Source: Wolbachia endosymbiont of Drosophila innubila
GTDB lineage: Bacteria > Pseudomonadota > Alphaproteobacteria > Rickettsiales > Anaplasmataceae
Assembly: GCF_021378375.1 (NCBI RefSeq)
Contig: NZ_CP076228.1
Span: forward strand, 810,001-842,000
Reading direction: 5' to 3'
DNA length: 32,000 nucleotides
The notes below the pieces were generated by a model. It saw only the letters and a program-made list of their open reading frames with translations. It did no database searches and was not told the DNA's origin. This document shows positions 7,930 to 18,219 of the stretch, piece after piece (the first letter of the stretch is position 1; the number at the start of each line of letters is the position of its first letter). A program made the translations under genes and the position numbers.

Positions 7930-10854
7930 TTATTGTTTCATCAGAATTTTTTGCTGATCTGATTGTTTTAATGTTTCAGGTCTATCACTCGTTGTTTTAT
8001 CAGAACTTCCTTTAGAATCTTCTTTTTTGTCTGGTTGCTTTGGCGTGTTAGGTAATTTAGCCTCAATTTTTCCCCGATCTTTACTCATTTTCTGCTTGAT
8101 ACTCTGTATCATACTTTGGGTCTTATCATCAAGGCCAACGGTTGACAGCATAGCTTGCGATGCGCTCTTAGCAACTGTACCAACACCGCCAGTAACTCCA
8201 TAACCAGAGCTAAATAGTGTTTGTACCATAGTTTCCGATATAGAAACAAAAGCTTCCATTGCACCGGCAATAATGAGGTATATAAACGCCTGGATTAGGT
8301 CTATAGGTAATGCTGCAAAGTGTCCACCAGCCCTTTCTCCGGTACTGAGTGCAACATCAACGCTAGTGCCAGGACTGTATCCAAGAGGCAGTATTGATTT
8401 CATCAAGCACAGATCATACGATAAGAAATTTACGCTAATTAAACATTGATAGCATACAGAAAAATTTGTGAGGTTATATAAAACTGAATACATCAACTGA
8501 TTTAAAAGAGATAAAAATGAAAATAAAATGACTGGTTCTAATGAAACATGAGCCAACGTTTTTATCCAATTATCAAACAAGGGTTTAGTCTTTTGAAATA
8601 GAATAAATACGATAAATAAAGGTGTTAATGACAGTAAAAACGCCACTAGAACAGTAGATATTACATATTTAAACGTAGCGCTAATAATGCATTTTAAGAA
8701 CATAAAAGTAGCGTAGAGTATTGCCAAAAATGCAATAAAGCCAAAAGGACCAGAGAGCATCAATGATAAAAACTTTAACCAAGTTTCTGCTGTGAATAAT
8801 ACTCCTACTGTCAAGTCTAAGAATGCAAATTTTCTCCCCCCTTCCCCTATATAGCCAGAAAAGCTATCAACCAAATAAGTGCTACCATCTATAAAAAGTC
8901 TGGATAAAGTTGTACCAAAAAGTTCCCAGCTTCTATCGCTAAAGGCAAAAGCTATAAATGCTATCTTGAACATTCTTACAATGAAATCAAATTTACTTAG
9001 CTGTATTGTTCCAAGCATATAGCCAATGACAGTAAATATAACGTATAGAGTAAGTAAAGCTCTTACCCCCTGAAGAAGACCTCTTGCATATCCTTTGTAT
9101 GAATCTTTAACGCTGTCCCCAATTACTTCTTCTTTTATAAATTTAAATACCCCGTTTACATTCGATGAAATAAAATCATTAATTTTTCTTTTGACAAATA
9201 AAGTTACACTATACTTATTGTTTTCGTAATATTTGCCATTTTTGTCCGTAATGTCATCTTTCTCTACGTTGCTTACATTGATGCCGAAATATATCTTCTT
9301 AGGTTTGCATTCATCTGTTATAGGTTTTTTGTCTTTGCATTCATCTGTTAAAAGACCTCCATCTATTATATAATATACCTTATCCTTTGTTTTATCTAAG
9401 TGCTCTACTTTTTTGAAATCATTAGTCTTTGGAGCAGATGGATCCCCTGGCGGGTTATCACCCAAATACACATACAGTTTTTCACCATTGATATATTCAC
9501 ACGATCTAGTCACTTTAACATGGTACCCGCCCCTATTAGCTCCATAGTAACCATAATCTGCTATAGCAAGCATCACACTACTACCATATTTTACATTGTC
9601 ATTTACTGCATAGTCACTATTTAATTTCAGAGAAAAATCCTCGAAATTGTCACTAATTTGCGAACACACATTATCCTTTCTTGCACCTACTTCATTATCT
9701 GGAAGACATTGCATACCTTTATCAGTATCTTGATCACCAAGATCACCAATTTTTGCAACAAGAGCCTCAGCCCAAGATTTATCATCTTCAGTAAAACTAC
9801 CTGCTTTAACATTCCCTTCCATTTTTTCTAGATAAGAATACATATCACATTTATTTCCTTTATCGTACTTCTTATACCTTATAGAGGAGACACAGTTCCG
9901 TTCTCCTGCTCGACCTGAATCATAGTTCCATATACCTTTTCTAGTATAGCATATATTCTGATAGTAACAATTAAGCTCATAAGAACTGTACTTTTTTTTC
10001 TCATCCAAACTACAGTTTTTTCCATCACATAACTCATTCAATCCTATTTTAGCTCGGCGTAAATCGAACAGCGAGCCATGTATCCATGGTTCGTTGTTTT
10101 TAACATAACCTTTATTAAAATGTACCTTATTATCATATGGAGTGTACCCATTGCCAACTAGCACTTTGCTTTCCTTTGCTTTTGTTTTATCAAGAGGTAA
10201 AAATTTTATTTTATTTCTCTTTCCATCCTTGCCCTCACAAAAAAATTCCTCTCCCTCTTGCTTGCTAACATTCAATATTTCACTTTCTGACACTTTTTCA
10301 CCTCCTTCTTCAGCTCTATAACAATTGTCATCAAAGCTGATACCTTTCCCTCCTGGATTGTCATAATCAATTGTTATTTTTCTGGGAACTAAGCTAAAGC
10401 TTAACTTATCACCAGGATTTACTTTAATTCCAGTGTCTACATAACGTCTATTGCTGCCAAATCCTTTACCACCGCACAATTCGTTTTTATTTACGCCTTT
10501 TTCATCAACGCCATAATTATTAGGCACATCGTTAATATTTGCAGCTTTACTATAATTTGGTTCTGAGCCATCAGCACAAAAGCTAACTGGCACAAGTACT
10601 TTCCTTGGATTTTTGTCTTCTTTAAAAGGGCAAAAATTTACTGATCCATCGAGGGTGAATTTGATTTCCTCACCCTTACTAATTACTTGACCAGAATCAA
10701 CCCAATGAATTTTAACTTCTTCACCAGCTTTATGAACTGGAACATCCACGTTAACACTAGTGTTTCTGCTCTGCAACCCAGGTTCGACACAATCCATGTT
10801 ACAACCAGTGATTGCAAGACACAGTATCAACAATAGTGATCTTTTACTTATCAT
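7930..10854 (-). CDS. virB6: VirB6/TrbL-family type IV secretion protein, paralog 3 (974 aa)
   Basis: Lipobox LAITGC, Cys-rich N-domain sharing HWVDSG...VNFCP and GDKLSFSLV blocks with paralog 2, then a polytopic VirB6-like membrane domain. Its start overlaps the paralog 2 stop (ATGA). Confidence 0.85.
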   Translation of the reverse strand: MISKRSLLLILCLAITGCNMDCVEPGLQSRNTSVNVDVPVHKAGEEVKIHWVDSGQVISKGEEIKFTLDGSVNFCPFKEDKNPRKVLVPVSFCADGSEPNYSKAANINDVPNNYGVDEKGVNKNELCGGKGFGSNRRYVDTGIKVNPGDKLSFSLVPRKITIDYDNPGGKGISFDDNCYRAEEGGEKVSESEILNVSKQEGEEFFCEGKDGKRNKIKFLPLDKTKAKESKVLVGNGYTPYDNKVHFNKGYVKNNEPWIHGSLFDLRRAKIGLNELCDGKNCSLDEKKKYSSYELNCYYQNICYTRKGIWNYDSGRAGERNCVSSIRYKKYDKGNKCDMYSYLEKMEGNVKAGSFTEDDKSWAEALVAKIGDLGDQDTDKGMQCLPDNEVGARKDNVCSQISDNFEDFSLKLNSDYAVNDNVKYGSSVMLAIADYGYYGANRGGYHVKVTRSCEYINGEKLYVYLGDNPPGDPSAPKTNDFKKVEHLDKTKDKVYYIIDGGLLTDECKDKKPITDECKPKKIYFGINVSNVEKDDITDKNGKYYENNKYSVTLFVKRKINDFISSNVNGVFKFIKEEVIGDSVKDSYKGYARGLLQGVRALLTLYVIFTVIGYMLGTIQLSKFDFIVRMFKIAFIAFAFSDRSWELFGTTLSRLFIDGSTYLVDSFSGYIGEGGRKFAFLDLTVGVLFTAETWLKFLSLMLSGPFGFIAFLAILYATFMFLKCIISATFKYVISTVLVAFLLSLTPLFIVFILFQKTKPLFDNWIKTLAHVSLEPVILFSFLSLLNQLMYSVLYNLTNFSVCYQCLISVNFLSYDLCLMKSILPLGYSPGTSVDVALSTGERAGGHFAALPIDLIQAFIYLIIAGAMEAFVSISETMVQTLFSSGYGVTGGVGTVAKSASQAMLSTVGLDDKTQSMIQSIKQKMSKDRGKIEAKLPNTPKQPDKKEDSKGSSDKTTSDRPETLKQSDQQKILMKQ
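9304..9350 (-). repeat. 30-bp tandem duplication inside virB6-3
   Basis: tttgcattcatctgtta occurs at 9304-9320 and again at 9334-9350, encoding TDECKDKKPITDECKPKK. Confidence 0.8.
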
Positions 10855-13238
10855 TGCTGTCTTCCTGGTGGTGGTATCTGAGGCGTTGACCTTTGAGTCC
10901 CTTGTGGTATTTGAGGTCTTGACGTACCTGACTGTTGAGAAGCACCTCCTCTTTCTCTTCTTTGAACGCTTTGTTCATCTAACCCTACTGTTCCCATTAA
11001 GCTTTGTTGATACTGTCTTCCAGGTTCGCTTGCTACATAAGCACCAAACAACGAGTCAGATATTGTCGAAGAAGCTTCAACTAAAGCTTTCATAGCGTGT
11101 CCCAAAATAACAAAAGCCATCATAGCGGTAATATTAGGTGTATATTTGGAAGCATAACCATAAAAAATACAAGGGTTAAAAATCTTTAAGTTAATATTAA
11201 GTATACATGTAGAGCAGACCTCAAAATCAAATATTGAATACACAATATAATCCATAACCTGGCTTATCAGTGATATAAAAATTAAAAGCACTACTGGATG
11301 AATCGCAAATCTTGCTAAATTTTTAACCCAGTTGTGAAACATCTGCCTAGTATACGCAAATAAAAGACAAATAATAAAAATAGGTGCTAAAGAAAGCAAT
11401 AACGCAACTATTGCTATAGATGTAATAAAAGAAAATAAGGCATTAAAAATAGATAAGCTCACTGTGATTAAACCCCAAATCACCAAGCAAAAAGATACAA
11501 TGCCCAAAGGGCCAGAAAATATAAGAGATACTATTAACAATACTGAATGCGATGACAAGAACCTATTGAGCGGCAAATCAAGAAACTCAAAAACATTTGA
11601 AGTAGTGCCTCTAAAATTTGCTATTTCTATTAGTTGTTTTGGAGTGTTAATAAATATAGAGAATGCGTTGTTATAAAAAAAGTCCCAGCTATTATCCTGC
11701 AATAGCTGGGCGATGATTCCTATCTTTACGCATATAATTAAAAACTCATATATAGAAATATGAGTTAATCCAAAAAAGTAATAAAGAGTATATAAGATTA
11801 TATATAGTACTAATAGTGATATTATAGTAGATCTAATGGTATTTGTTCTGCTTGATTTTATAAAACTTTCGTAAAGAGACTTTACAGGACTAGTATCAGA
11901 GTGAATTGCGTTAGGGTCTTTATAATTAGAGCCGAAAAATGCAGTTTTCACTTTTTCATCAAAGAAATTATATATTGCACTAAAAGTTTTTGTAGGTGGC
12001 TCTTTAGTTGTTAGGTTAATACTAAATTGACCTTCATTTTTGTAATCGCAGCCATGGTCTCTTATTCCGTAATATATGGTGCCTGTTTTGTCTTTTAATT
12101 TTCCTTTCAAGTTTTCCATGTCATGAACTTTGCTGATATCTACAGATATATCCGCTTGATTTTCACCAGGCTTATGCTCAGGGAATTTATCGGAAACACT
12201 TATATACAAGCTATTTTCCAGACTATGGTTCTTCGTTACTCTTATGTTGAACCCGCCTTTGTCATTTGTATTGTAGCAGCTCTTGTCATTTCTGCTACAT
12301 AGACTAAAAGTTAAACTTGGTATTTGATGGTCATTCTCCATCCTATGATCACAACTAGTACATAAACCACCACCTGGAATGTGTTCAAGAGTTTCATTAT
12401 CCATACCAACTTTTAGAAATGTAATGTCAGTTTTTACCTGTTTTCCCTTTAATACGTTACTAATAATTTCAGCAACAACAGATTCACCACTAGAATTTAA
12501 AGCATTGAATAGCTCAATTTCTATATTATTATATTCAATATACACGCAATCCTCGCCTCTACGACCAGAAGAAAATTTACATATACGTCTACAGAGTGAA
12601 TTTAAAATGTGCGTATCTATCTTACTTGCACTGCTCTCTGAAAGCTTACTGCAATCTATATTCTCTCCTTGTTTTATAGAGTTAATAATATTTTCAATTT
12701 CCTTTTTTCTTTCATCTTGATCTAACTTCGAAAACCAGTACTCTCTTCCACTCAACCATTGCGCATCGCCTATTATATATTTATTAGGACATATCTCATC
12801 CTTGCCACCTTGGCATTTCTCTTGATTTAAAACATGTGCAAAATGTTCCGTTTCTTGCTCGCTACACTTTTCGTCGATTTTCAAATACCTGATTTTTGTC
12901 TCACTCTCTTTATCTTTACACACTTTACTTCCAATCACACTAAAGCTTATCGTATCGCCTTTTTTAAGTGCAAATGGTAATGCAACGTCATTTCTCCCAG
13001 GCCCAATTGCAAAATCTGCATACTGCTTAGGACAAAAATTAACCTTACTAGGCACTATATCAATCTCTGTTACTCTTATTCTATCTGAGATATTAACACC
13101 AGAATCAACCCATTTCTGCTCTGTTGACACTATATCTAGTTTTTCACGCAAACCTGATAAATTTTCTGGCTTAATACAGTGATGTTCCCCGCAGCCTGAC
13201 AGAAAAAAAAACGGTATTATCAGCAAAAATTTTAGCAT
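10851..13238 (-). CDS. virB6: VirB6/TrbL-family type IV secretion protein, paralog 2 (795 aa)
   Basis: Lipobox FLSGC, N-domain with KWVDSG...VNFCP and GDTISFSVI blocks, polytopic C-terminal half, and a Q/P/R-rich tail. Confidence 0.85.
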   Translation of the reverse strand: MLKFLLIIPFFFLSGCGEHHCIKPENLSGLREKLDIVSTEQKWVDSGVNISDRIRVTEIDIVPSKVNFCPKQYADFAIGPGRNDVALPFALKKGDTISFSVIGSKVCKDKESETKIRYLKIDEKCSEQETEHFAHVLNQEKCQGGKDEICPNKYIIGDAQWLSGREYWFSKLDQDERKKEIENIINSIKQGENIDCSKLSESSASKIDTHILNSLCRRICKFSSGRRGEDCVYIEYNNIEIELFNALNSSGESVVAEIISNVLKGKQVKTDITFLKVGMDNETLEHIPGGGLCTSCDHRMENDHQIPSLTFSLCSRNDKSCYNTNDKGGFNIRVTKNHSLENSLYISVSDKFPEHKPGENQADISVDISKVHDMENLKGKLKDKTGTIYYGIRDHGCDYKNEGQFSINLTTKEPPTKTFSAIYNFFDEKVKTAFFGSNYKDPNAIHSDTSPVKSLYESFIKSSRTNTIRSTIISLLVLYIILYTLYYFFGLTHISIYEFLIICVKIGIIAQLLQDNSWDFFYNNAFSIFINTPKQLIEIANFRGTTSNVFEFLDLPLNRFLSSHSVLLIVSLIFSGPLGIVSFCLVIWGLITVSLSIFNALFSFITSIAIVALLLSLAPIFIICLLFAYTRQMFHNWVKNLARFAIHPVVLLIFISLISQVMDYIVYSIFDFEVCSTCILNINLKIFNPCIFYGYASKYTPNITAMMAFVILGHAMKALVEASSTISDSLFGAYVASEPGRQYQQSLMGTVGLDEQSVQRRERGGASQQSGTSRPQIPQGTQRSTPQIPPPGRQQ

Positions 13239-13247
13239 AAATCCAAC

Positions 13248-15812
13248 TCATTCAGTGCTTTTGTTAACACTCTCGGAGCTACTAGAACCAGAACCTCGAG
13301 ATTTACTCTTGTCTCCACCACTCAACTTCTTAGCAGCAGCATCAGCAACTCCAGCAACACCCCCAGCAGCAGCTTTGGCAGCAGATAAAGCTTTGCCCAC
13401 TATTTGTCCAGGTGTCTGACCTGAGCCAAGTGCTGCTCTATGGTTACCAGCAAGTTCAGCAGCCATGCCAGGAAGAATGTTTAAAAAGTGGTAAAAGAGG
13501 AATAATACTAAACACAATTTTAATAATTCTCCGATGAGAGAGCTGCCAAACTCCATGTATGTAAAGTCGAATAGACCAAGTATGCTGCTCTTTTTAAAGC
13601 TATAATTTTGCATCATACATGCAAGAGTAGTTTCATTTTTATCACATTCCCCATCTTTCAATTTAAACCACTGTTTTTTCTTACTATATGAGATTTCTGC
13701 TTGTTTCTTTTCATATGACTTGTCCGGTTGTTCATTTTTATATGACTCGTCCAGTTCAAAATTTAAATTTTTAAAATAGATTTTATCACATGCTATGAAC
13801 ATAAAGGACAAAAACGCAAAAAGGATAACCGGGTATAAGCTATAGGTAATCAACTCTTTCACCCAGCCTTCAAAATATCCTTTGGTGTGTTGGAATAAAA
13901 CCATAGGAATGAACAAAGGTGATAAAATGATGATTACACTTAAAGCAACTAGAGATAAAATAAATACATAGCACAGCCACAAAATAGCCATCATCATCAG
14001 AACGGCCATAAATATACAGACAAGAGCTACTAAAATTTGTCCACCAGCAAAAATAATACCGATTACCGAACCTGCAACTAATAAGACAGGAGCAGCACCA
14101 AGCAAGACTGCTAACGTTGCAACACCTCCAGTACCAATTTTGCCACCAATTCCATCTAAAGGGGCACCTAAATAAAATAAAATTCTACAATCAAGCCTAT
14201 CCCAAGGTGCAAGATAACTGTAAGATACCCTCTTTCCTGCACGAGTATATTCATAATCTGTACCTGCTTTATAATTACATATGCCTTTACTTTCAGATGA
14301 TGCTTTTAGCACTATCTCTGACAAACCATTTGAGAGACGAGTTAATTCTCCATAATAATGAGACATGGTACTGCCTGTTGTGAAGTAAATCACTAAAGCG
14401 AATTTTATGATCAACATATACATTTCTTGAGGCCTCTGAACTCCACCAGACATGGCTTTTATAGAGAACAGTATTAAAGCTAAAACTAAAACAGCAGTTA
14501 CAGTGTTTTTCAGCCTTTTCTGTGCTACAGATATAAAACTCTCACCATTTGGTGCACCTTTACCTGCAACTAAATTATCTAACGATTCCTTAATGCATTG
14601 CACTATCATAGAAGTTACGGGAATAGGAGCTAATGATTTACTCCCTGCCTGGTTATAACAAGCTTCAGAAACATACGAGCTAAAACAGCCAGCATTATCA
14701 TAACCTACAAAAATTTTCCCCCCTTGTCCGTTGAGTCTTTTTTCTTTAGATCTGATAATAGTTTTATAGTCATCATTATTACCAATAGGAACTTTTTCCT
14801 CTCCTGTACCATCTTTATTTTTGAATATCATCACAGATTTTTCACACATAGGAGCAAGTGGGTCAGGTGGCAATTCCGTGCACCCCATATCAATCCCTTG
14901 CGGCCAAGGAGTCATTTCGATACCAAGCATGCTAACACTGGCTAACTCCACACATAATCTGCCCGTTTTTCTCACTGCTTTGAATGTAGCTCCATGTATG
15001 GGTTCGCTCTGTCCTGCTTTGAGAACTCTACATTCCAGACCACCATCAACCTTCGAGGACCATGACCCATCTACGTATCCCGTGTCTTTCTCCCTGACAT
15101 CAAAGTCTATGTATCCAGGTTTTCCTCTGGAATTAAAGTCTACCTTATTAAAAAGATTACCAAAAGTTAAAGGGTTTCGATGACATACTTCTATATATTC
15201 ACTGTATTGCACACCATTTTTTGGCCAGTAATAACTCTCTGTACTCTCCTGAACGTTAGAATTTAAGGCTTCTTTTTCTGCTCTTTTCCCGTCATAATCT
15301 TTTTTGTTCACGTCTTCCCGAGCTTTATTTTGCAAACAAGAAAAATATTCCTCTTCTGTTTGGTAATTTTCATTGGTGCAGCCACTATAACCTGTGTCTT
15401 CTAATTTAAAATTTTTGTATTTTCCATCATGATCACGTGCAACTGGGTGTTTAACAAAACTATGTTCACAAACAACAAGCCCTCCTATCGCTTTCCAGAC
15501 TCCAACAATTGCAGCTATCATTCCAACAATAACAAGAGCGGTAAACAAACCAGCAGAAGAAACGATCAAAACAATGCCAGTAAATATTGCGCCAACAGCA
15601 ATCGCTATTCCAGCAAGTGCTGCAGCTGTTTTAAACGCTCCACAATCAGGATTAGAGGCACGACTAAAACTGCCAGTGGAATTAAATCTGCTAACAAATT
15701 CTGTCTTGTCAGTACCACTTACTCCATCTGCAAGCACTGGATATGAGAGTAAAAAGTCTATATTTAGTAAAAATATCGCAATTAATAGCAATGACAGCTT
15801 AGTCTTAAACAT
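13248..15812 (-). CDS. virB6: VirB6/TrbL-family type IV secretion protein, paralog 1 (854 aa)
   Basis: Sec-type signal (..YPVLADG), two early TM helices, a large soluble domain, a polytopic VirB6-like region, and an Ala/Gly/Ser-rich tail. Its start overlaps the virB4 stop by 8 nt. Confidence 0.85.
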   Translation of the reverse strand: MFKTKLSLLLIAIFLLNIDFLLSYPVLADGVSGTDKTEFVSRFNSTGSFSRASNPDCGAFKTAAALAGIAIAVGAIFTGIVLIVSSAGLFTALVIVGMIAAIVGVWKAIGGLVVCEHSFVKHPVARDHDGKYKNFKLEDTGYSGCTNENYQTEEEYFSCLQNKAREDVNKKDYDGKRAEKEALNSNVQESTESYYWPKNGVQYSEYIEVCHRNPLTFGNLFNKVDFNSRGKPGYIDFDVREKDTGYVDGSWSSKVDGGLECRVLKAGQSEPIHGATFKAVRKTGRLCVELASVSMLGIEMTPWPQGIDMGCTELPPDPLAPMCEKSVMIFKNKDGTGEEKVPIGNNDDYKTIIRSKEKRLNGQGGKIFVGYDNAGCFSSYVSEACYNQAGSKSLAPIPVTSMIVQCIKESLDNLVAGKGAPNGESFISVAQKRLKNTVTAVLVLALILFSIKAMSGGVQRPQEMYMLIIKFALVIYFTTGSTMSHYYGELTRLSNGLSEIVLKASSESKGICNYKAGTDYEYTRAGKRVSYSYLAPWDRLDCRILFYLGAPLDGIGGKIGTGGVATLAVLLGAAPVLLVAGSVIGIIFAGGQILVALVCIFMAVLMMMAILWLCYVFILSLVALSVIIILSPLFIPMVLFQHTKGYFEGWVKELITYSLYPVILFAFLSFMFIACDKIYFKNLNFELDESYKNEQPDKSYEKKQAEISYSKKKQWFKLKDGECDKNETTLACMMQNYSFKKSSILGLFDFTYMEFGSSLIGELLKLCLVLFLFYHFLNILPGMAAELAGNHRAALGSGQTPGQIVGKALSAAKAAAGGVAGVADAAAKKLSGGDKSKSRGSGSSSSESVNKSTE

Positions 15813-18213
15813 TTTTTACCTTCTGATAAAATATAGGCAACCATACTTTTGGGTTGTCCCCAACTTCATTTAATATATCGTGTAACAATAGAACACTTTC
15901 TGCACGTCCGGATAATACGTTGATTATATCATCCAGGCCTTTTAAGTCTATTCTAGCTACTACAGCATTGACTCCTTGTTTCACCAAAAAGAATCTAGTA
16001 CTCGGATCTGTGTGCTTAATTAATATATATTCACGTTCAGTTAACATAAAAACATCCCGATAGACACTAGTAGCTTTCAGATTTGGTAAAAAAATCTGTG
16101 TCGCTGTTTGTTGTACAAGCGTATCGCTAATAGTACTTTTACTTGCATCCTCAACACTCTGAGTAGCAAAAATCACAAAAGCATTTAGTTTTCTCAGTAC
16201 CTTCAACCAGTCTTTTATCTTGGGTGCAAAAACTGGATTATCTATTAACGCCCATGCCTCATCAAGAACGATAATAGATGGAGTGCCATCAAGAGATATA
16301 CTAATCCTATGAAATAAATAAATCAAGACCGGTCCAAGAGCAACAGGATCTTTGAGCAAGCTAGCCATCTCAAAACCAAATACTCTTGCTCGTGAAAAAT
16401 CTAGCAAATCTTCTTTATTGTCAAATATTGCAGCATGAGAACCATTATCATGCCACATAGATATTGCCCCAGCTAGAGTATCAGGACCTGCAAGCCCTAA
16501 AAACGGTACGAGGTTTCTCAAGAATCTGTCTTCTTTTCTTAATTTAAAATTTCCTTCAATTGCATCATTAATTCGTGCAATATCTTCTGAAGTAAATTTA
16601 TCATTATATACCGAAATTAAAGACTTTATCCACTCCATTAAAAATGTTCTATTATCAGAGGTATCATCAAGTTGTAAAGGATTAAAATTTGTTTTAGTTC
16701 TTGGTTCTATTACAGTATAGATACCACTAAGTGCTCTTAAGAAAATCTCTGCACCGCGATCTTTATCAAAAAAGAATATCCTTGGAGAAAACTTCATCGC
16801 TTGGGCACACAGGAAATTCATTAAAACAGTTTTACCAGCACCAGTTGGGCCAATTATCATAGTGTGTCCAACATCCCTTATATGAAAGTTGAAAAAAAAT
16901 GGAGTACCAGATGTCGTGTCAAAAACTGTAACGGCATCTCCCCAGTGGTTATTGAATTTATTACCAGTAGGATAATTATGTTGAGATGCAAATCCAGCCA
17001 AATTAAGACTACTTATTGTAGCTTTTCTCACTATATAATCGAAATTACCAGGAATTTGCGCCCAAAATGCTGGTTCAAGGTTAACTCTCTCACGTATAGG
17101 GTAAACACCGCAATTAGAAAGCTCTGATTCTACCAACGACAGAGCGTTATCCAATGATTTAGGACTTTTTTCTATACATAAAATAGTCAGGTGATGTTGA
17201 CCAAACGCAATCTTACCACTCATTGCGTCATCAAGCGCTTGAGAAATTTCTGCTATTTGAGAAATAGCTTTATCTGCAGACTGTATCATTCGATTTTGCT
17301 GTATCTGCATTTTTCCAATCGCCATTTGCCTGTTTATAAATTGAAAAGATTGCGTAATTATAAACTCGTAAGGAAGTTGTAAAAACGAATCAAGCATTCC
17401 TGCAGAAGTATGATTTCCATATTCTTTGATACTAATTATTCCAGCATATTTACTCTCATTATGAGTCACAACCTGTATCATCTTACGGCCAAAGAATAAC
17501 CTATGTACTGGTAAGTACCTTGATATTTCAGTTCTTAGCGGAAAAAGCGTATTTGTAACGAATCCACAATTTACGATTCTAGATAGAAACTCCATTATTT
17601 CGCAGAACAAACCATCTGGAGTTTCTTTTACTCCAAGAATTTTAGGCGAATAATTTCTAAGGCTTGTCACTACACGATTTGTCGTTTCCTCTAAATCTTC
17701 ATACGTGGCACGTATATCACTTTCCCAAGCATGTTTTGAAGTTACATGTCCGAATTTTTTTAGTAGATGTGACAAAAATTCTACTCCTTTTGTGTCCGCT
17801 CTACGGATAATCGTAATGTATAGGTCATTAATAAATGATTGCCTTGTTGCGTGTTTTTCTCTCCATTTTAGATTTACGTGATTAGCGAAAAAATTCGGCA
17901 AACCTTGACTTGCAAATTCATCAGAAAAAATATTTTTCTTACGTCTGATAGTATGAAAATACAAACTAAATGCCGGAGATGAAATGCTTCTTAGCATCTG
18001 ATTCCTGATGTTGTTCTGTATGACTAAATCCTCGTCATCGGCAGTTTCAAATGCAAAACCACTTAATTTTATAACCTTAACCAACCAGTTTTCTTTTGTC
18101 ATCAAGGTTGTGCTATTCCAATAGCAAGAATAAGGAATAAATTCAGCAGCGTGAACTTCCCTGTTCAGAGTAGATTTATTCTTTGATTGAATAGCCCTAA
18201 ACCTCAGCATCAC
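15805..18213 (-). CDS. virB4: type IV secretion ATPase VirB4
   Basis: 802-aa ORF with Walker A GPTGAGKTV and Walker B IIVLDEAW, immediately downstream of virB3. Confidence 0.95.
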   Translation of the reverse strand: MMLRFRAIQSKNKSTLNREVHAAEFIPYSCYWNSTTLMTKENWLVKVIKLSGFAFETADDEDLVIQNNIRNQMLRSISSPAFSLYFHTIRRKKNIFSDEFASQGLPNFFANHVNLKWREKHATRQSFINDLYITIIRRADTKGVEFLSHLLKKFGHVTSKHAWESDIRATYEDLEETTNRVVTSLRNYSPKILGVKETPDGLFCEIMEFLSRIVNCGFVTNTLFPLRTEISRYLPVHRLFFGRKMIQVVTHNESKYAGIISIKEYGNHTSAGMLDSFLQLPYEFIITQSFQFINRQMAIGKMQIQQNRMIQSADKAISQIAEISQALDDAMSGKIAFGQHHLTILCIEKSPKSLDNALSLVESELSNCGVYPIRERVNLEPAFWAQIPGNFDYIVRKATISSLNLAGFASQHNYPTGNKFNNHWGDAVTVFDTTSGTPFFFNFHIRDVGHTMIIGPTGAGKTVLMNFLCAQAMKFSPRIFFFDKDRGAEIFLRALSGIYTVIEPRTKTNFNPLQLDDTSDNRTFLMEWIKSLISVYNDKFTSEDIARINDAIEGNFKLRKEDRFLRNLVPFLGLAGPDTLAGAISMWHDNGSHAAIFDNKEDLLDFSRARVFGFEMASLLKDPVALGPVLIYLFHRISISLDGTPSIIVLDEAWALIDNPVFAPKIKDWLKVLRKLNAFVIFATQSVEDASKSTISDTLVQQTATQIFLPNLKATSVYRDVFMLTEREYILIKHTDPSTRFFLVKQGVNAVVARIDLKGLDDIINVLSGRAESVLLLHDILNEVGDNPKVWLPIFYQKVKNV

Positions 18214-18219
18214 ACAACG

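Noticed and set aside
14821-15183. Plus-strand ORFs within the virB6/virB4 region (14821-15183, 15429-15746, 15574-15873, 12379-12720, 10760-11095, 5769-6083 and others)
   Set aside because: These are antisense shadow ORFs fully inside long, motif-supported minus-strand genes, with low-complexity translations.
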